Shown here one piece after another: positions 58,801-64,000 of a stretch of DNA of 64,000 nt. Numbering within the stretch: the stretch's first letter is position 1; each line of letters begins with the position of its first letter. The stretch covers positions 32,001-96,000 of IMG/VR virus record IMGVR_UViG_3300033076_001485. One strand, given 5' to 3'. The notes beneath the pieces are model-generated. The model saw only the letters and a list, made by a program, of their open reading frames with translations. It did no database searches and was not told the DNA's origin. A program made the position numbers and the translations under genes. Source of the stretch: a virus. Lineage: Duplodnaviria; Caudoviricetes.

Positions 58801-59383
58801 ACCGATTAAGCGTGATGGTGAAACAGAATTTTCAATTGGATCGCTTGGATCTAATATACTCGTTACACATGATGACTTACAGCCCGATCTGGGTAGAGTA
58901 TTTGCACCTGCAGCGCTCCTTATCAACCCAATAGAAGCAGGTAAAGATATTGGTCTAGCAGCAGCTGATTCTTTAGCGGCTGCTGCTAATTTCAATGCAT
59001 CAAATTTTCTTGATAATGCAGCCAATGCATCGGGAGCAAAAGGATTTATGTCTCCTGTCAACAACACAATTGTAAGATCTTTTGAAAACAACAAGGGACG
59101 CGGACTTGCAGGAGTCATCAAGCAGCTTTCATTTAACTGGATAGATTTTAACTGGGAGACTGACTGGGGTGCTCGAGCACCCATGGGAACAAAAGTGACG
59201 ATCTCATTTGATTGCATCCACGATCTTCCGCCAGGGCTTGATGAGAGTGGTTACATGCGTGCTCCGACACATAACGTTGGCTCTGTTATGAATACAATTG
59301 CAGGCGACCCGTATGACGACCAGGGCACAATTTCACGCGCCAACTTCGCAAGACAAGGCGCATCTAGTGTGGTGAAGAAGTAA
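55817..59383 (+). CDS. large baseplate hub / tail-tube initiator protein (gp48/gp54-like tube-fold domain with long extensions)
   Basis: FHAFLDTLSDSF...YGRADPIQMYSSTTRSISLSF...YPKY...PLMRLRVGD...GVIKQLSF. Start set at GTG 55817 behind GAGGAG. Confidence 0.7.
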   Translation: MADRQTRATLRDFLSSRGSPASSITLSPNPSDTAPGDLINEGDDLGNDPNTGSPVVGFDGLAAAYVAFLTQQNNNLYEIAPNGEMAPPSNRGNALQDPAQQGAVRVFARPGTTLGQAMNLSNSGIQDESDYPVASYLDKTGATAGLSGDNLLSSVYGRSLDLTGNPEIDTYVDVNTQSGKMQTGILQTLDNNNRAAPPVNPGELSSVAIPNRITINEIDQQTLQTAQRNFGQYSKDNGESSQAYTYDRLRDVGAWMIASAAGYNMPEGENDPQSVESFFTQGINTDASISTVANQLATKRGGDVLTTGDTLASNAPGYPKQASGASMRDGRGVVKPPDENARYSAQTTTSYTSETPFSDPARKGNIKLSQAKALLAINKLAELINSNLVKDPTLEDEDTLKSLGPYFMGGSIYSRVNALNRMILNVSYVPTRSAYKDAVVAGMAVMLGKDVSSGGTPRQIGDYFGTMPQAPGYWEAVAKSAVDTIRQMRVTSNVEDRLSPQYYVDLGRSKAVKMMNAFATIGDIVLQVTGKTFDPNTIGSDIKTAAGIEQVDDLPVTAGTRISKSREGTGRSPLALSWRGNSLPGLYMLSDDVVRASLQMGNLVTGENPARGMLASTLIDKTYVDPSLKGSKARIPGEIVKIIEDKLDAEYVPFYFHDLRTNEIISFHAFLDTLSDSFSTQYSSYKTYGRADPIQMYSSTTRSISLSFTIAATSREDFDEMWYKINRLIASAYPKYTKGQLVQNKDITFEQPFSQVIGATPLMRLRVGDVVKSNYSRFNLARFFGIGSEGVDVSSFGNQNKQTTLRAAENDLDVNLAKDLAKGVAGFGALSDTLSMSKFYALFGSPVKTLSSLAEARGSEINSGVFTNIATVTSNFLVNGFVNPLGYYLMTTSTQSPDSIGADESGFKNFINNLTVSYLKPRARPYDVVDGSGNVVGKFVARRSLKVVIKNRLNPRNRTQSQDAVLGTTNPIADQDVPTQETRYIVSVIDPSQVLPIKRDGETEFSIGSLGSNILVTHDDLQPDLGRVFAPAALLINPIEAGKDIGLAAADSLAAAANFNASNFLDNAANASGAKGFMSPVNNTIVRSFENNKGRGLAGVIKQLSFNWIDFNWETDWGARAPMGTKVTISFDCIHDLPPGLDESGYMRAPTHNVGSVMNTIAGDPYDDQGTISRANFARQGASSVVKK

Positions 59384-59679
59384 TGGCAAGAAGTAGATAC
59401 ACATTTGTGAGTCGTTTTAATGATGGGCAAGGTATTGGCGCATGGCCAGGAAGCACATCGTTGTTCAATGCTGTGTTATCTGGCGTGCTTGAGGCAGATA
59501 CAATTGTATTGACTCAAGGCCAGCGTCTCGACCATCTTGCGGGTCAGTATTACGGTAACGGAAGTTATTGGTGGGTCATCGCCGCAGCAAGCGGAATTGG
59601 ATGGGCACTACAGTGTCCAGCAGGAACTGTTATTAAGATTCCAAAAAATTTAGATGCTGCATTAAGCATAGGACGATAA
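59383..59679 (+). CDS. LysM-like baseplate protein (gp53 / P2 gpX-like)
   Basis: GQRLDHLAGQYYGNGSYWWVIAAASGI...PAGTVIKIP. Confidence 0.85.
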   Translation: MARSRYTFVSRFNDGQGIGAWPGSTSLFNAVLSGVLEADTIVLTQGQRLDHLAGQYYGNGSYWWVIAAASGIGWALQCPAGTVIKIPKNLDAALSIGR

Positions 59680-59680
59680 A

Positions 59681-62600
59681 ATGGCAGTTCCACCAGATCT
59701 AAAGAATTCTAACTTTACACCCACATCTGAATTGCAAGACGCTTATTTGTCTTTGAGGCAATTCTTAACTTTAAGAACTAATGAAGAAATATTTTTATTA
59801 TCAAACAATTCTGATTCTATTAAAACTCAAGTAGATGATACTCAAAATGGAAAATCACTTGCGATGTCGACAATTATGTCACCCGATGGTGCTTTTTTAA
59901 GTAAAGATATGCCTAAGATTTTACAGGAATTAGGTTTAAAACCTGACGGTATTTCCGGACAGATGAGTACAGACGTTGGAGATATTAATGTCTTTGGCGC
60001 AACTGACACAGAGTACGGACCTAACTTGTTTAAAGTTTTTGAAATCAACCCAGCAGCATTTGATGTTTCTAATCTTGTTGCTAGAGACCAGAAGTTGTCA
60101 TATCAAAGTGAGATTAGTAAACAAATAGTTGCCCTTAACGAGAAAGCCAAGCCAATTAGAGAAGAACGAGATAAGCTCGAGGAAAAGAAAGAAGAAGACA
60201 GAACACAAGAAGACAAAGATAGAATTGATGAATTAAACACGCAGATAGGAAAAATTAACGATCAAAGATCTAAACTTGTTCAAGAATCAGGTAAAGCATT
60301 TGAGGATGCCGCTAGATTTACCGGAGAGCGGCAAAGATCTGTCATTAGGAATGATAAACAAGACTTAGTTTCTCTTTATAGACATAAATCAAAATATCTA
60401 GATCCAGCATCGGCATCCTCAGATTATTGTAATGTTTTTTTTAACGCAATTGATAGCATTAATCTGTCTTTATGCGTTCCTTATTTTAGAATGAACATTA
60501 TTGACCGTTTTGCAAAGAAGAAAGGCAGGCTTTCTAAGCTTTCTCTTTCATCATTTTTAAATCAAAGTGCCGGTGTAACAGAAGATAAGATCTTTTATGA
60601 AGCAATGCCTTTTACATCAAACGAATCTACTAGGATAGCAAAAAAATTAAAAAGTGGCAAAGTTGTGAGCATGGAATCATTTTTTGCACCACAAACATTG
60701 CTTCCTGATCCTACAGAAATTCTTTCCAATCCACGAAGACTTGACACCTCAGTTCCACTTTTATCATTAAATAGTTTTAGCATAGGAATAGAAACAGTCG
60801 GCATTGCGCTTATGTCAAAAAAGACCGCTGATTTGTCAATTACATTGCATGATAGATCAAGATTATCAGATATCTCTCCTCTCGTCTCAGTGGGAAATTT
60901 TTCATCATTATATTTTGAAATTGAATGGGGCTGGATACATCCGCATGGAGATGCTAAGTCTGACAATGCAGTTGCTCGATTCTTAAATAATTTACGATAC
61001 AAAGAGATATTTTCACCTGTTTCTTATAACATGACCATGGGTGAAAATGGATCTATGAATATCAATATAAGATTAATTGGGGGCACATCGATTGATGCAG
61101 TCAATGGCTCAATCTTAAACGGTGGATTTTTAACAAGAGCATATGCATCACAGATGCTTGATCGGTTGATAAAATCTGAAATACGAGATGAGCAAGGAGA
61201 AGAGGCGGCTACAGAAGAAATTAGAGCTGTAACTAAAGTTCTTATTGATCAGTCAAGGACAGCAGACATGATTGATCGATCTTTTGCTGATAGAATCTTT
61301 CGATATGTTGATAACGTTGATAGATCAAGTGTCGAACGAGCACGCTTAATCGAAGATTTAGTGCAAATCTTGAAAGAAGTTGATTATTATAAAAATGAAG
61401 AAATATTTAACATTCTTAAAAAGAATTTGCCTAAAATTGAAAAATTTGCGCCTGCAGCCGATAATTTTCAAAAAATTAAGAAAAAATATGGAGATTTGAT
61501 CAAATCAGAAGATTTTACATCTGTTGGCGGCTACCTTGCACTACTTGTCGGTATGCCTCTTGCAGCAACTGGTCTTTATTCAGAAGTTCAAATACATACA
61601 TTTAAATTTAATCATGAAGCGGGTGCAATGGCAGACACCCAAATCAGCGATGCACCCATTAGAATACAAGATGTTTTTAAACATCCAGACCAGCCAGGAT
61701 CATTGTCAAAAAACACAAGTGTATCAAATGCATTGGCACTATTAGGAAATTATCTTAGCAACCCAAAGCAACCGCTTTACGAGATTGCAAGTGAAAATGT
61801 ATTTAACCAGATCAAAGTTGGTGATAGCACAAAAGAGAGCAAAGACCCAGTCAGTGCTGTAGATGAAAATGCTGTTTCTGCTGCAGAAACTTTTGAGAAA
61901 CCAGAAGGCTTTACGACACCAAATATCAGATACATAGTCAGAAGCGTACCTGCTAAAGAGTATTATGATGATCAGGCGGGAGGCAGCACCAATACGCAGT
62001 CTATCGCAAATTATGTAATTAATTCAGAAAAGTCAGTAGCACAAATCATAATTTATGATGCAAATTCATCACCAAATTTTGACAAGATTATTGGTGCTTA
62101 TTCTTACTCAAAATTAAAGGGTAAAGACGGTAAAAAGATCACACCAGATTTTGCTAAAGAAATTTTTAAAAAATCTTTTCCATCCATAATTTATGGTGCA
62201 GCTAATTCTGTCTTAAAATCTGTCAATGTTTCAACAGATATTAATAATACTATTGCACTGCAAAATATCATAGATATGGGCAAGGACATTTATTTAGCGC
62301 GTAGTAAGTCTGATTCGTCAACTGATGTCGGTGAAATCTCTCTTTTCCCAGGATCAGTAACTGTAAACATGGTTGGATTGCCCATTATAGAGCGAGGTCA
62401 AGAAGTCTACCTTGATCTTGGCACAGGCACAACACTCGATGCACTTTATTATGTCACATCGGTTAAGCATGACTTCCGACCGGGAGATTACACAACAAGT
62501 CTTACATTGACCTACAAGGGCCAGGGTTCTGTGATGAGTTTGACAACCATGCTCAAGCAGTTCAATAATACGCAGCCAAAAGACCAGAAAGCAGAAATTG

Positions 62601-62800
62601 TAGAGAAGCCCAAGGAATCTGCACCAACAAAAACAACCGAAAAGGCACAAGCACAAGAATCAGATTCACAGAAAAATCTTCTAAGAAAGATAGATGCAGA
62701 ACAAGCATCACGCCAAGCAGAATTCTCCAATAAACTAGAAGCAGAAAATGATGCTGCTCGTGCGCAAGCATACGCCAGGTCTTTAAAAAGATCTCCATAA
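59681..62800 (+). CDS. probable baseplate hub protein (gp27/P2 gpD-like), enlarged
   Basis: FEIEWGW; C-terminal VTVNMVGLPIIERGQEVYL...YYVTSVKHDF..GDYTTSLTL; follows the LysM gene. Confidence 0.65.
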   Translation: MAVPPDLKNSNFTPTSELQDAYLSLRQFLTLRTNEEIFLLSNNSDSIKTQVDDTQNGKSLAMSTIMSPDGAFLSKDMPKILQELGLKPDGISGQMSTDVGDINVFGATDTEYGPNLFKVFEINPAAFDVSNLVARDQKLSYQSEISKQIVALNEKAKPIREERDKLEEKKEEDRTQEDKDRIDELNTQIGKINDQRSKLVQESGKAFEDAARFTGERQRSVIRNDKQDLVSLYRHKSKYLDPASASSDYCNVFFNAIDSINLSLCVPYFRMNIIDRFAKKKGRLSKLSLSSFLNQSAGVTEDKIFYEAMPFTSNESTRIAKKLKSGKVVSMESFFAPQTLLPDPTEILSNPRRLDTSVPLLSLNSFSIGIETVGIALMSKKTADLSITLHDRSRLSDISPLVSVGNFSSLYFEIEWGWIHPHGDAKSDNAVARFLNNLRYKEIFSPVSYNMTMGENGSMNINIRLIGGTSIDAVNGSILNGGFLTRAYASQMLDRLIKSEIRDEQGEEAATEEIRAVTKVLIDQSRTADMIDRSFADRIFRYVDNVDRSSVERARLIEDLVQILKEVDYYKNEEIFNILKKNLPKIEKFAPAADNFQKIKKKYGDLIKSEDFTSVGGYLALLVGMPLAATGLYSEVQIHTFKFNHEAGAMADTQISDAPIRIQDVFKHPDQPGSLSKNTSVSNALALLGNYLSNPKQPLYEIASENVFNQIKVGDSTKESKDPVSAVDENAVSAAETFEKPEGFTTPNIRYIVRSVPAKEYYDDQAGGSTNTQSIANYVINSEKSVAQIIIYDANSSPNFDKIIGAYSYSKLKGKDGKKITPDFAKEIFKKSFPSIIYGAANSVLKSVNVSTDINNTIALQNIIDMGKDIYLARSKSDSSTDVGEISLFPGSVTVNMVGLPIIERGQEVYLDLGTGTTLDALYYVTSVKHDFRPGDYTTSLTLTYKGQGSVMSLTTMLKQFNNTQPKDQKAEIVEKPKESAPTKTTEKAQAQESDSQKNLLRKIDAEQASRQAEFSNKLEAENDAARAQAYARSLKRSP

Positions 62801-62826
62801 AGATAGCATTTTCTTATTTAACAATA

Positions 62827-62871
62827 TTGTTCAATTGTTTTGTGCATGGTAAGTTTTAACCATGCACAAAA
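62827..62871 (+). promoter_or_regulatory. sigma70-like promoter TTGTTC-N17-TAAGTT (extended TGn) within a perfect 13-bp hairpin covering the polA start codon
   Basis: -35 at 62827-32, TG at 62847-48, -10 at 62850-55, ATG at 62862. TTTTGTGCATGGT (62838-50) is the exact reverse complement of ACCATGCACAAAA (62859-71). Confidence 0.7.
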
Positions 62872-64000
62872 ATGATGTGGTTGTTATCGACAGGAAATAT
62901 CTTGGAACAGCTAGCAACCTCCAGGTGAAAAAAGATTGCATTTCCTTTTGTGATGACCAAGACACAAGTGACAAGTGGGTGTGGTCTCTTGACAACACAT
63001 TTAATAGCTTGCGTCATATTGAACTTGTGACTGGATTCAAGGTTGGGTCACAACCTCCCAAAGCACACGATGCAGCATGGACAGCACTAGGTGTATCACC
63101 TCCATGGGCGCAGGCATTGCCACCGCATGTCTTCAAAACATGGCTACAGAAATTTACCAGAGAGCTTCTGGATCTCCGAGACCAATGGGCTGACAGTTAC
63201 TATGGCAATGAATTTCAAGTTCAACAGAGATTACTGCAGAAATTGCAGCAGCCTTTTGTTGATGTGTCTGTCATTAAACGGATTGATGACGATCGAATTA
63301 GAGCATTTGAGCCCGATCGCAACGGGCTTGCTCCTAAGTCAACATACGATATTTGGTCATCAGTAACAGGTCGAATGTCGATCGAAACTGGACCCAATAT
63401 TTTGACGTTGGACAAGAAGTATCGAAGCATCTTTAAAAGTAGATTTCCTGACGGTGAGATTATCCAAATTGACTTCTCGTCGCTTGAGCCTAATACTTTC
63501 TTAGCAATGCAGGGAAAGCAATTCACTAGTGATGCGTATTCTTGGGTTGCATCGCAGATTGATGTTAGTGTTCCTCGCGATGTTCTAAAAGTTGCTGTCA
63601 TGTCGGCGCTTTATGGAATGTCACCGTCCAATTTTGCCAAGAAATTTTCTGATATTCCTGACGCAAATGATCTTCTATTTCAAGTTCGTGATGCTTTCGG
63701 CGTCGACAAGATGAATAAACACTATCGCGAGCAGCTAGACGCAGAAGGACATATCACGAATCACTATGGGCGAATTATCAAGTGTGATAAATCATCACCA
63801 CTTGTAGCACATGCAGTTCAATCAACTGCTGTAGATGTTGTCTGCCAAGGATTTACAACACTTCTTGATGAGTTTGCAGAAGACAAACTTGATATAGTTC
63901 CGCTTTATTTGATTCATGACGCGCTGATGATCGATGTCACACCACACGCTAAACTGCACTTGCAAGAACGCCTAAAAAACGGCGTGCATATTGCTTCGCT
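62862..64000 (+). CDS. polA: minimal family A DNA polymerase, 3'-truncated by the window edge (not in the ORF track)
   Basis: Manual translation is open to the window end: SVTGRMS..GPNI, motif A IDFSSLEP (D at 63471), motif B RDVLKVAVMSALYG (63576-63617), NHYGR, VQSTAVD, motif C IHDA (H at 63915). Confidence 0.88.
   Translation, partial: MHKNDVVVIDRKYLGTASNLQVKKDCISFCDDQDTSDKWVWSLDNTFNSLRHIELVTGFKVGSQPPKAHDAAWTALGVSPPWAQALPPHVFKTWLQKFTRELLDLRDQWADSYYGNEFQVQQRLLQKLQQPFVDVSVIKRIDDDRIRAFEPDRNGLAPKSTYDIWSSVTGRMSIETGPNILTLDKKYRSIFKSRFPDGEIIQIDFSSLEPNTFLAMQGKQFTSDAYSWVASQIDVSVPRDVLKVAVMSALYGMSPSNFAKKFSDIPDANDLLFQVRDAFGVDKMNKHYREQLDAEGHITNHYGRIIKCDKSSPLVAHAVQSTAVDVVCQGFTTLLDEFAEDKLDIVPLYLIHDALMIDVTPHAKLHLQERLKNGVHIAS

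Noticed and set aside
716-62800. Extracellular contractile injection system or tailocin (suggested by two sheaths, LysM and gp25/gp6)
   Set aside because: Terminase, portal, protease, scaffold, major capsid and neck genes are all present and intact, so this is a phage.
1828-63601. Numerous minus-strand and alternate-frame ORFs in the track (e.g. 3296-3766, 33927-34442, 41005-41559, 41352-41702, 54592-55170, 63221-63601)
   Set aside because: They lie within or almost wholly overlap well-supported + strand genes and lack recognisable motifs. Those over the capsid gene are explained by its high GC3.
1-64000. Stop-codon reassignment as in some large phages
   Set aside because: Conserved genes are full length in code 11, and TAA, TAG and TGA all terminate genes at tight junctions.
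1-64000. CRISPR arrays, tRNAs, introns, inteins, homing endonucleases, transposases, reverse transcriptase/DGR
   Set aside because: No regular repeat-spacer pattern or cloverleaf was seen in the very short intergenic gaps. Terminase, portal, primase and capsid motifs are colinear, with no intein- or intron-like signatures.

Overview
The window is 64 kb of a large, AT-rich, T4-like (contractile-tail) phage genome. Every credible gene is on the + strand and reads in the standard code. In order: the tail end of a probable sigma-like gene; a ~25 kb baseplate/tail-appendage cluster (gp5-like spike, gp25, gp6, LamG proteins, several large unknowns); a DNA-metabolism insert (RuvC-like resolvase, primase, Mre11-Rad50 fusion); the head module (terminase, portal, protease, small core proteins, scaffold, major capsid); neck genes; two tandem ~1000-aa tail sheaths; tube; tail-assembly chaperone; tape measure; hub genes; and a minimal family-A DNA polymerase that runs off the end and is missing from the ORF track. 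Main observations: (1) At six or more genes a candidate promoter (sigma70-like or a late-type ATAN(T/G)TA motif) sits inside a hairpin that buries the gene's start codon or RBS. This would let the gene be translated only from its own, often leaderless, transcript and not from read-through mRNA. (2) The ATAN(T/G)TA late-promoter candidate itself is not the T4 motif. (3) A candidate +1/-2 frameshift on a T7 run lies between the tube and tape-measure genes. (4) Four small late proteins share an N-terminal L-[RK]-x-[IM]-[IV] helix that may be a capsid-targeting signal. (5) [ST]-[GAS]-[ST] tripeptides are enriched in exterior virion proteins. All functional calls come from motif recognition by eye and synteny; no searches were run.
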